Source of the DNA: Epithemia pelagica
Taxonomy: Eukaryota; Protista; Bacillariophyta
Direction of reading: 5' to 3'
Assembly (NCBI GenBank): GCA_946965045.2
Contig: OX337229.1
Coordinates: 1,922,001 to 1,986,000 of the forward strand
Length of the DNA: 64,000 nucleotides
The translations under genes and the position numbers were made by a program. The notes under the pieces were generated by a model. The model was not told the origin of the DNA. It ran no database searches and saw nothing but the letters and a program-made list of their open reading frames with translations. How positions within the stretch are numbered: position 1 is the first letter of the stretch; each line of letters starts with the position of its first letter. This document shows, in pieces, positions 19,942-31,574 of the stretch.

Positions 19942-22400
19942 ATGGCATCTGTACCCGTAGCTTCCCGAGAAGAAGACCGTGTTGTCTACGCCGGAGTAGC
20001 ACCGGAGGGGTGGGATGTTAAATTGCCACGCCAATCGGCGTCGTCCAAAGAGCCCTTGTTGGACCCACCTAGGGCCGTACCGGATCCGTACGGCTGGATG
20101 CGTGATGAAACCCGAGAGAATCCAGTAATGCTGAAGCATTTGGAAACAGAAAATAGGTATACAAAGGCGTTAACACAGCATCTGGAACCTTTACAAGAAA
20201 CTATCTATCAAGAAATGATTTCTTCCATTCAAGAAACGGATTATCGAACTCCCTATGCTGATGGACCGTACTATTATTACTCGCGGACCATCAAAGGAAA
20301 ATCGTATACGATTCATTGCAGGGCACCTCGATCGAAAGATGACGATACATCATCAACTTTTCCAATTCAATGGGACGGATCGGCAGAATCGCCCATTTTG
20401 GAAGGGGAACAAGTTATGTTGGACATAAATGAATTAGCAGTTGGCAAGTCCTACTGCAAAATTGGCTCGCTTCGACAATCTCCTTCGCACAAGTTACTCG
20501 CGTATACGGCCGACTACTCAGGAGCCGAAACCTGTCTCATGTATGTCAAGGATTTGTCAACGGGGGAGATTATTCATCACGACCCCGAACTGAAAATGTA
20601 CGGCTACATAATGTGGGGCTCTGATGATTCCACCCTATTTTATTTTAAATTGGATGAATCCAAGCGACCGTTTCAGCTGTATAAGCGTAATTTGGCTACG
20701 ACGGCCTCTGGAGGAAACGGCGATGAATTGTTGATCGAGGAACTGAACCCATTGTTTTGGATGGGAATGTATAAATCATCAGATGACAAATTCTTGTTTG
20801 TTGAAGTTTCTTCCAAGGAGACTACCGAAATCCACTTTCTGGATTTACAAGACCCAAACGCTTCATTACAGTGTGTTGCTCGGCGCCGATCAAAAGTGTT
20901 GTATGAAATTGATCATCGAAATGGAGTTTGGTGGATCCAATCGAACGTTGGAGGATTGCCTAATATGGCACTATTCTTGTCCCCGGCAGTTGCTGAGTGC
21001 GAATCACAATGGACATTGTTCGAGGGGCAAGATGGAAAACCATTATTCACAGGTAATTATTCACGCTCATTGGGTTACGTGAACTGTTTTGCCAATCATG
21101 TTGTGGCGTCTGGTCGTGAGGGAGGAATTCCTCGTGTTTGGGTTCTCTCTCTTGGGGAGAACAATGTGCTACGAGGGATTGAGCGTCTCTCCTTTAGCGA
21201 AGACGCACACGATGTTGGTTTAGGAGTGAATCGTGAATACGATACCAATAAACTTGTAGTCGTTTATGACTCAATGGTGACTCCAACGCAATCGCTGGAA
21301 ATCAACATGAATGACCTTAAGGATCGTCGTGTCTTGAAAGAGAAGGTTGTGTCGGGCTATGACAAGACACTTTATGCGAGTGAACGCACCACAGCCCTGT
21401 CTCGTGATGGGAAAACGGAAATTCCGGTGTCGCTGGTTTACCGCAAAGATATCATGGACCAACACAAAGCTTCGGGGGAACCACTTCATGTGCACATGTA
21501 TGGTAGGTTTGTTCGTGTACAGCGATGTAAATTGTCAATGATTGCGCATTGTGTTTCACAACGTGCACTTCTTTCTCTATTTTCAGGATACGGTTCGTAC
21601 GGATCGTGCAAAGAAGCGAGCTTTTCGGTCACACGGCTGTCATTACTAAACCGAGGAATGGTGTATGCATTGGCGCATATTCGAGGTGGCGGTGAAATGG
21701 GGCGTCAGTGGTATGAACAACCCCACGGTGCCAAGTATCTCTGTAAGAAAAACTCCTTCAATGACTTTGTGGACGTTGCTCGGTGGTTCATAGAGGGTCG
21801 AAAGTTAACTGTCCCGAAAATGTTGTCGTGTGAAGGTCGAAGTGCTGGTGGGTTGCTTATTGGCGCAACAATCAATCAGGCCCCTGAACTATTCCAGGTT
21901 GCCATTCTGGGTGTACCTTTTGTTGACGTTGTTCCAACAATGATCGATGCTTCGCTGCCTCTCACGACCGTCGAATGGGAAGGTAAGTTGTTTGGTGGAT
22001 CCTGAAGGTGAACGTGGTACGCTGCTATCTTACTTCCGTTCTCTTTGATTTTCACGATTCAATAATAGAATGGGGAAATCCCAACGAAGCAAAATACTAC
22101 GAGTACATGATGGAATATTCTCCAGTTCAGAACGTTGTCCCTGGTGCCACCTACCCTGCATGCTTACTGACGGGTGGTCTTTTTGATCCTCGGGTCCCAT
22201 ATTGGGAGCCGGCTAAATTCGCGGCCACTCTGAGGCATCATCAAAACTCGGAAAAATCTGGACCAGTGTGTCTCAAATTGGAAATGAGTGCTGGCCATGT
22301 CGGGGCCAGTGACCGGTACAAGTACCTTCGAGACTTATCTTTTGAATACTCTTTCTTGCTCGACCATCATGGCATGGCAGACCGCGCAAATGCTAATTAA
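19942..22400 (+). CDS. ptrB: Oligopeptidase B / protease II (S9A family; 3 exons, about 762 aa)
   Basis: DPYGWMRDETR, HMYG|YGSYG, HIRGGGEMGRQWY, nucleophile GRSAGG, EWE|EWGNP, Asp in FDPRV and His in SAGH. Introns 21503-21586 and 21983-22068. Confidence 0.92.
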
Positions 22401-22916
22401 ACTAGATCTCCAGCGAAACTGATACCTTATGTTTGTCTTCAGTCAGGTTCTCTGAACAGCACGAGTTGAAAAAAAACTTGATTTTGTGTCCAAAAACGCA
22501 TAGTGATCCAGTCGGACTTTCTCTAGTGCTTTCTTTAGATGGGGACTGCACTAACAACCGACTGGGTTATGTCCTTTTGCAATGTACACTGCGTTCCTCC
22601 ACAATGATAATCGATTGACATATTCAAAGTACCCGACCAATTGGCCTACCTTCAGGTACAACTTCCAGTTTGATGGGTGAATCTTATTATGATGTTTTAT
22701 ATAGATCCATATTCGGTCTTAATGCCCGACTCTATGGTCATTGTCGTACTGAAATTATCTCCTTTTGAAGATTTCTTGTCTTCACAATCAACGCTCATCA
22801 ATGTTGCGTCGGATAGAATGCGAGACAAAGCATCCGAATCGGGCGTGTCGTTCCGGTCCCTCATCGTTCGTGTGGTTGTTATTGGAGACCAATGGCCATG
22901 GCGCCTTTTCGAAATG

Positions 22917-24269
22917 TCACAGGAGGTCAAGTCCGCCTGGGATGGAGGAGGAGTCCCTGACATTGGAAATTGGAATCCCATGGAGTAGGCGAGGACGAGA
23001 CTTCTTCATCAAACGTTGATTGGATGCACTCATTGGACTCGGACGTGGAGGCGAATGCCAGAGGGCTGTGGAGGAAGAGTCCAGTGCGAGAAGCGGGTCC
23101 TGACGATACTGTTTCGTGAGAGGTGCGGCACCGAGAAGCCACGGTGGTGAAATCACAATCTCTGGGGGAGGAAGTACCGTCGGAAGCTTCCTCAGTTTTC
23201 GCGAAGGTGTTACAAGTTTGCGGGGTGGACGGGGTTGGTTTTCAGAGACAGGCTTCGGAAAGGAATTCTGAGTTTGTTTTCGAGTTTCAGGCTGATTCCG
23301 ATTCCGTGGATGAATTCCAATTCGTCCTTGTACATGACGCTGATCGGTTCGTCGACTCGGGATTGTCAGAGAAGTAGATGAAGCATTCCTCGACATTTTA
23401 GTGTTGGTGTAGGTGGATATGTTGTCTCGGATATCCCAGTTAGTTTTTGGCCGAAAAGTAAATTCTTTGGGATCCTGTAACAACATGTTCAGTTCACGAC
23501 GATCCTGTTCTTCCTTATCTGAAATGGGTCGACTAAGATTTCGCCGTACTCCCTCATTGTAGAGCTCGCTGAGTCGTGAACTCATTCCGGTTGCTACAGA
23601 GCTTGAAGCACTGGAACTCTGATGCGATGTGGAGGACGCGTCAAACGGGGTTGTCGGTGAGCTCGAATTGGAAGGACGATAAAGCCGATCATAGTACGGT
23701 TCGTCTCCATTTGCAGTGCTTCCATCACTAACCCGCGAAGAGACAAATCTCGTTGCTCTCCGTCGCGAATGTGGCGATGGTGCGTGGCTCCGCTCCGGCA
23801 CCTTGGTGTTTGTCTTCGTTAAAGTTCGCGTAGCTCTCGGCCTGGTGTCTCTTTTTTGTGGCTCAGGTTCCACAGGTTGCTGATGGATGGACGTAGAATG
23901 CTTTCGATGTCTCTGGTGTCGTTGTTGATGCTCCTTCTTTCTTCTTGAGATGGAGCTTTCTTCGTTTTGTTGCTGTTGTAGACGCAAAGCTTCCACACGT
24001 GCGTCTCGTTCCCTCTTTTTCTCCATGAGCCGTGTATAAACATCCTTCGCTGGACTGACAGTGGCTGTTCCTACCTCTTTTCGTACCTGACCACTCAAAA
24101 CTCGACTTTGTCGACGAGTTTTACCGTCCAAGCGGCTCGGCGGAATTCTTTCAATGGGAACATTTTTCCTCGATGCTTCTTGATTCAGATCTCTGAAATG
24201 CGAGTGAATTTCAGCCGATGTTTTGTTGTACTTGAGACGGGACGACGATTCCACAGTTGTTCGTATCAT
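22917..24269 (-). CDS. Low-complexity Ser/Arg/Gln-rich protein with a short coiled coil; possibly cytoskeleton-associated
   Basis: 450-aa ATG ORF. DVYTRLMEKKRERDARVEALR and EFTFRPKTNW recall the RLY.../xTFxPxxN motifs of protist microtubule-associated proteins (weak inference). Confidence 0.45.
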   Translation of the reverse strand: MIRTTVESSSRLKYNKTSAEIHSHFRDLNQEASRKNVPIERIPPSRLDGKTRRQSRVLSGQVRKEVGTATVSPAKDVYTRLMEKKRERDARVEALRLQQQQNEESSISRRKKEHQQRHQRHRKHSTSIHQQPVEPEPQKRDTRPRATRTLTKTNTKVPERSHAPSPHSRRRATRFVSSRVSDGSTANGDEPYYDRLYRPSNSSSPTTPFDASSTSHQSSSASSSVATGMSSRLSELYNEGVRRNLSRPISDKEEQDRRELNMLLQDPKEFTFRPKTNWDIRDNISTYTNTKMSRNASSTSLTIPSRRTDQRHVQGRIGIHPRNRNQPETRKQTQNSFPKPVSENQPRPPRKLVTPSRKLRKLPTVLPPPEIVISPPWLLGAAPLTKQYRQDPLLALDSSSTALWHSPPRPSPMSASNQRLMKKSRPRLLHGIPISNVRDSSSIPGGLDLL

Positions 24270-24657
24270 CCTGGTCCAGCCGACAGAATGAACAGCAATC
24301 CATTTTCATCATTGGATAGAAGGCGTTGGACCAGCATCCTCACGTTGGGTGATGGTCAAGGTCCAAGCTCAGCAGGGTAGCGGAAGTAAACATGTGTGTG
24401 AAAAGATAAGAAGATGGCGAAAAATCAATCGTGAGGGAGTGAAAGTCGGCTGGCGCGTGACCCACTTCCGCTCGCGCGATTTTGTCGCGGAGGGGTCGCG
24501 GATAAAGGAACCTTTTGCACGAGACGTTTCGGTCTTTGCGGTCTTTTCATGCGACGGGTTGACCAATTTTTATTCTTGGCTATTGGCTATTGACCTTGTG
24601 GTTGTGGTCTTTCGGTGTTTGTTTGATTGACCTTGTTGGAAAGAACGTATTACAACA

Positions 24658-25673
24658 ATGGTGGCTACCCACACACGGAAAGATGACGAGCTCACGGAGT
24701 TGCTGACGAAGCTTTACACTATTCAAGAAGACATTGGTGCGAAACCAAAAACATCTCAAGAAGAGAAGAAACAAAAGGCGGAGAATGTTGCCACCATGGG
24801 AAGTACAAAGAAATCACAGAAGAAGGGTTCCCGCTTTCTCGACTTGAAATCAACAATTCTGGATCGTCTCAAGACCATTCATTCTCTCTTGAAAGAAACA
24901 AAAGAAAAGGAACAAGCAGGCATGGGCGGTGACAATGCCAAGGACATTATCAAAATGCAAGCGGAAATTCGAGAGCAGATTCGGCAAGCCGGTGACGAAT
25001 GGAATGAATTGGATGAAATTTATAAAAGAGAAGCCCGTAAGAAAAAGTCAAAATTCACAGAGGAAGAACTGGAGGTGCAATCCGAACTTGTCCGTCGTTT
25101 GGCCGCCGAAATTGAAAAAGTCAAGGAGTTGCAAATGCGTGGATACGCAAGAGGGCGTGATGCAGGCACAGCAGTCTCTCTCAATACCAAAGCGTTGTAC
25201 GCAGATTCCGGTAAGCGATTCTTGATTTGTGCTTTATATGTACTGTTGGTCGCTAGTCATTGGACTCACTTTTTTGCGATGTAGTTGGCAACGGAAGTAG
25301 TAAAAAGAAGGAACCATGGGCCGGCACTGGAGGTGGTGTTGCCCTGACGTCTGGTCAGCAGCAACAGATTCAGCAACTAGAGGAACGAGATGCTGATTTT
25401 GATCGACAGTTGGATGAGATTGGTGAAGGTATTCAGGATCTCGCCGAGATTGCCCAAATGCAAGGAGAAGAAGTAAAGAGACAGTCAGCCATGCTTGACC
25501 AAGTCAACAGCAAAATGGATGCTGTCAATGAACGCATGCTTGGAGTCAATGCTAAAATGAAGGAAACCCTGGAAGAAGTTGGACGGGCATCGGACAAACT
25601 TTGTGTCGATATCATGTGCATTGTCTTGGCGATTGGTTTTGGTGCAGTCATCTACAACTTTACGCAGAACTAA
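24658..25673 (+). CDS. Syntaxin-family Qc-SNARE, SYP7-like (2 exons, about 313 aa)
   Basis: Intron 25211-25284 joins ..LYADS|VGNGSS.. in frame. Helical Habc-like region, SNARE heptads (DADFDRQLDEIGEGIQDLAEIAQMQGEEVKRQSAMLD) and a C-terminal TM segment (LCVDIMCIVLAIGFGAVIYNF). Confidence 0.88.
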
Positions 25674-25802
25674 GAACATGTGGAAGCCATGGGTGGAACA
25701 ACATACTTTGTATTTCTAGCGTAGTGGGACTCCTTGCCGTAACCGCTGACCATAAAATCATTTAAAGTACAAGAGCAGTTGCTCTGCATTTCTCTAGTGT
25801 TT

Positions 25803-28800
25803 TTACATTGTATGGTACCTTCCCGCTTCCGGATCATGAACCGCGGATGTGGTAAAGTCATTATTGAGTGTCGTGTAGACAGGTCGTGTGCATACCACAC
25901 GTGCTTTCCGTACAAGAACTTTCAGTTGTCCTGCCGGAACGAGGTAACAGAGATGGGGATCTGCTGGATCGGCACGGCTCAAAATGCCCACAACCAAGCC
26001 ATCGTCATTGACGCAGGGACCTCCGCTATGACCAACACTGGCGGACAAAACAAGTGCTTTTAGTCAGGATGTGATACAAAAAATTCAGTATGGAAAGCAA
26101 GCAAAGTCAATCACTTACATGGTAGGACAACGAGTAACAATTTCTTCTCGGGGCGAAAACGTGTTTTTCGAGGCCGAGTCCGAAGAGGAGCTACTGTCGT
26201 CAGACATTGTATTGGAAAAGACGCGACAGATGTATCCTTTGGCAAAGTCAGGCGAACGCAGAATCTGGCGGCGAGCATCCGGATCAGAGACTCGTTCTCG
26301 TTGACTGTAACCCAGAAGTCTGACAGGTTCACCGAGTTCAAAGTTGGTCTCCACTTTCAACTTGATCAAATTCTCCTCCTTCATCTTGGACGCGTCCAGA
26401 ATAACTTCGGGAACATTACAGCCAGGTTCTTCTTCATCCACGTCTTGCTCCATTCGAGTTGTTATCTTGAGAACGCATGCATCAACATTATTTTTAACGT
26501 CATCGGCAATGACTTCAGCAAAATATCGCCAGACAGCATTTTTGGAATCTTTGCCAACATTCACTCCAACAACAACCTTGGCGTCCTCAACTCCCATGTA
26601 CACTGTGCCGTAATGAGGACCTTCTTCCATATTGAACAACACCTGAAGAAAACAACGTGCAAAAGTCAGACATTTATACGACGAAAGGAACAAAGGATCC
26701 AGAACTCATTCTTACATGTCCCGCAGTCACAATCAAACCAAACTTTTTGTCAGCAACGAACCCGGATCCAACGCTGCGAATTTGCTGGAGTTTGGGATCC
26801 CACAATCCCACCAGAACAACACTGGGAAGAATTTCTGGAACTGATTTGATCGGGGATGGATAAACATGAGGATCGTGGATAGGTAAAGGCTCTTCGTTGC
26901 TAGAGCCGATCAAATCGTGAATCTTGACACGATGTCCACGACGACAGACAATCGATGCCTCTCTTCGTTCTTCACCCGCCGCCACCACTTCATCCCATCC
27001 CCAGGTGCTGGCACGGCGAGGATTGCCGCGTGCCAAACACTCAGGACAAACAATTTGCATATTCACATTGTTAAAGGTGGCGAGTGATGCTTGCACCGAG
27101 TCCAAAACTGCTTGATATCCTCCTTTGAATAATTTGAGGCCGGCCAAACCGGCCTGTCCTTTTCCACTCACAATCACGCGCTGCATATTAACACGCATCG
27201 CATCCGAAGCAACACAATGGGTGGAATTCTGGTCAACTATGGTCACAAATATCTCCACAAAACTCTCCCGGAACTCGTCACTTTCCCTATCAGGAAAGAC
27301 GGTTCCAATCTTGAGTAGCATGGCCGACTTCCAACATATAATCTGATGAATTCGAGCTGGTCCCACTGACTGTCGACTATGTTCCTCTACAAAGTCATGC
27401 CTGGACGCGCGTCCCAGGGGCGTGGATCGTGTCCGTGCCAGTTGTTCCTTGGGGGCAGAGGAAAATTCTCTCGTAAAAATGTACAAATCTCGTAATAGTG
27501 CCACGGCAACGTATTCAAACAAATCGGATGGAGCCCCATCGCGAAAAAGCCACGAATTACACAATGTCGTGGTCCAACTTTCGGGTGCTCGGTATCGCCA
27601 TATATCACCAGGGTCCGTTTGCGACAAGAGACTGGGAACAAAGAAGACATTGTTGGAAGAAGAAGACGCTGAGGCTTCCAAGCCACCTCCTCCTGAATGA
27701 CAAGGTAGACTTCCGAAGGGAATAAAGATTCCAAATTGCACCAACAAGCGTTCTAGGAAATAAAACACCGTGGGTCCACAGGTCGAATTTTCGTTCATTT
27801 GAGAATAACGGTCCGCCGCTTCTCGCATAAATGACATGCTCCGCCACAACATAGCAGCATCTTGATCGGACAAGAGCGGACAACTCGTCGCGGCACCTGC
27901 CCCCAAGGTTTTGATAATTTCATTTTCTTCAAATTGTTGTTCACTGTAGATGCACTGCATATTCATAAATTTGCGAGCATCAGACAATTCTCGTTTTAAG
28001 TCATTTCGTAAAATACAGGACAAGGCCGACACAAGCCATTGACGACTCAGTACAATAAAGCTGGAAAGCACATTTTCATCGTCTTGACGACCGCTTCCAA
28101 AATACAGTAGTTCTCCTACGGAGGACAAGAAGTGCAACGCCGGAATGGCTTGATCGACGGGGACGACATCTCCTACCGCTCCCAAGACATGGTCCAGTCG
28201 AATGAGTTTGTGTTGATGTTTGACACTCTTGGTATATTCCAAAATCTCCACCGTTCCCGGTGGAACCGGCGTACCCACATGTTCAAAGACTGACCGGGAG
28301 GTATCCGTGGCAATGGCCACCATGGTTTCTTGAATTTGCTGAATACCGTAGTGCTGAGAAAAGTTGACACTCAATACATTCCGGGAATCGTCCAAAACAA
28401 TGTTGGGCATACTTTGTTGGTTGGCATCGAAATCGGCTGCCGCCTCTTTCCATTTTACATAGTTTTCCAGCATTTCATACAATTTGCTACAACGTCGGTG
28501 CACTTCCTTCTCTTCCATACCATCGGGGATAATGGCCACAGGCAAAATGGCTGACCGGGGAGCTCGCTGGGCAATCCGGTCCACCCACGACAAGACACGG
28601 CTGGCAATGTCTTGATGCAAGGCACGATCGGCTTCGGCCAAGACTTGTTCTCGGACAAAGTCATTGTGTTGCTCGTCGCCCTCTTCGTCGGAATCGTAAT
28701 CAAAGACGGGATGGACATGAGTATTGTGGCAAGCCAAATCCCAAACCAAGAGATAGAGCGATTCATGAGAGAAGAAGAGCGATTGGGTACCAGGATGGGC

Positions 28801-30930
28801 TCCAAAATTGGGCAAGACGGTATCTTGACAACTGGCATTGGAGGCGCCTTGGACATCCCAGATTTGAAAATTCACATCCGATGCTGACCAGGTATGGACA
28901 TCCAATCCCAAGGTGGTACGAGTGCGTGGTTTCTTTTGAGATTCTCGAATTGCCCGAGCCAAGGCCGACTTGGCTGGTCCCACGGATCCCACCAATAACA
29001 CCTTGAGCATATCATTGTGCACATGCTTATCGGATCGTTGTGCTTGCGACAGGGGAACAGAAGATCCATCCGACTTGCCTTTTTGGGAACGCTGTGCGTA
29101 CGACGAGGATGCCTCCAATTCACTACCCAATTCCAAATCCGTGTTGGTTTCATGTTCGGCTCGAACCAACATGGCCTGTACATCGGGTGCCTCACCCTTA
29201 TCAACTTTGAAATCAGCTTCCACCGGGACCATGGAGGCAGGTATATCGCCCTTGCGTAGCTTGATATCCAAATCATTTTGATTGTGATGATCGTCGTAGA
29301 TTTGGTCGTATTCGACCACCACGGCTGTGGCCACATGACCCTGCTGGACCTGATCTTCGGTTCCTAGGGGAGTGGCCGTGACGGACTTAGTGGCACCTGA
29401 CGATGCCGTAGTAGTAGGAGTGGTTTCTCCTAGAGGTTCGCGGGGAGGTGGATGATTCCATCCAGCGACTGCCGCGGCGGCATGAGGATGTTGGGTTGGA
29501 GGGAGAGCGGCCGCGACGGCAGGTGATTCGCCCGATGGATGAGCGAGTCCTGCTCGTGCTTGCACTTGCTCGGCCACCTCTCGGGCCGCGTCTTGACGCA
29601 TTCGTCGTGATCCTCGTTCGCGACGACCCCCCTTGCCCCTTCCATGATGATGAGATTGTGGCGCTGCAGCGTGTGTTCCTGCACCGCCCGCCGAATGCGT
29701 CGATCCATCTCCCAGAGAAGATTGCCGTGCGAGCATATGTGAGGCATGCGTCGGATGACTGGCACTGTTGAGGCTCATGGTGGATGCCTCCAGACCATCC
29801 GGCATTCTCATGGCCATGGCGGTCGAAGCCGCTGCGGCAGATCCCGTTTGCACCTCCAAGCCCGTCAAGGCGGCAGCTGGAGTGGTCGCTGGTACATCCC
29901 CTGCTGCCGATTCATGGCTGGTGGCACGATGATGTTTTTTCTTGTTGCGTGCAAACCATTTGCCAATTTTTCGAACTCCTCGTCGCATCCGACCAGGACG
30001 AATGGGTTTGTGTGGTTGGAAAAAATGAGGTGACCCGTAGAGAGCCGAGGGGTCTTCTGTCGTCTCATCCGTGCTGTTGCGACGACGATTGGCTGTGGAC
30101 CCATCCTGTGCATGTCCATGTTGTTGCGGAGGGGGTGGAGAAATGGCAATCAAATCACCATCGACCAAAATATATTGGACTTCTTCATTCATGACATCTG
30201 CGACAGTGCGAGCCGATACTGTGGTCGTAGGATGAAGGGCGCCATTTGCGGCGTGGACCGCACCACTGGCTACTGGATGAAAGGCTTGCGCATCAGCTTC
30301 ACTGCGAATGGACAAAACAGCGACATTGTCTTCTGGGGATGACTGTGGTAGTTGCGTTTGTCGAGGTTCGACATGGAGAGCTGTATTGATGTTGTGGTTG
30401 CCTCTTGGCGGTGGTGCTTCATTGTTGTCATTGTGGTTGTCTTGCGCGTCACGCGATCCCGAGGGTGGATACAAAATATGATCCATTGAGGTTCGCACCA
30501 AATCACGCACAAAGGTGGCCACGACGGAAGGAGAGTTTGTTGTGGTGCTGGCGGAGGCTGCCGTAGCTTGGACTGTCGGTTCCGCACTAGTGGAGTCTCC
30601 GACATGAGTGCCTTCGACCACCACCACAGCTGGAGCTACCGGTGGATAGTGCCATTCACGCAACAAACTGCGTTCTGGATTGGACGATTCGGCCAGGTTG
30701 TGGACGTCACCATTGTGATGAGTAGGTGTAATGGCTGGCTCCTCTCGAACAAGCTCCGCTGCAGGTGGTGATGAAGGCCGTGGTGCATCGTTGTCGGATG
30801 GTTCCACCAAGCCTGTTGTGGCCGTAATTAAGGAACCGGGTTCACTGGAAGTACTTGTGGTGGGTGCCTCGGCTGTGGCGGTTGCGACAGAAACAACCGA
30901 TGATGCTGCGGCGGCGGCGGTAGTTGCCAT
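25803..30930 (-). CDS. Roco-type protein: disordered N-terminus + Roc GTPase-like + COR + C-terminal trypsin-like serine protease (3 exons, about 1,657 aa)
   Basis: Roc: LKVLLVGSVGPAKSAL, TTLGLDVHTW, FQIWDVQG, HPGTQSLFFSHESLYLLVWDL. COR: LHFLSSVGELLYF, FIVLSRQWLVSALSCIL, FFVPSLL, CPEC...CRRGH. Protease triad: IVTAGH|V, VDACVL, GHSGGP. Introns 26715-26643 and 26118-26038 are both GT..AG and keep frame. Confidence 0.85.
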
Positions 30931-31574
30931 TGATTTTCAACAACCAATAACCAAAAACAACAAGCACTTTGCTGATATCTGGAGCGCTTTTTGTTTGTTG
31001 ATTGCGCTGGTAGTGTTGATTGTCTTTTTGTTTGTTTCTCTGTTGACGATCGATTTTGCACGACATCAGTCGTCGTCTGAGTTCCCTCTCTCCATCCACG
31101 CTCGTCGCCATGACGACAAGAAGACAGAAGAAGATGTCACAGCGTTTGCTTCCTTGTCGCTCCTACACTATCATCTAAAGTAGTTAACCGCTGGTACAAT
31201 TTACTTAATGTGAGAAGACGGGAGGTTTTTGTATAGGATGAAGAGTAGTCTGATTATCCACGACTTGAAACGATCGATTCATGATTCCTTTTACGCGGGA
31301 CCCAATCTTACTGACCTCGTGACTCGACTCTACTCGTGACTTAAGCAGTGCACGCGATGAAAGGAGTACCGGACGCCCGGGAGTTTCGACGGAGGGTGTC
31401 TCTTGTCTCTCGCTCTCATTCTCTCAAAATCTCCGCCGCACACAATCAACAATAGTGTTTTGGAAGAGAGAAGATACAAACACAACAAGAATACGGTACC
31501 GTGGGCTCTCGATTGTCATCAAGGTGGACCGTTCCCAGAGGTTGGACTCTTTCAAATCTAGAGTTTCTGAACGA

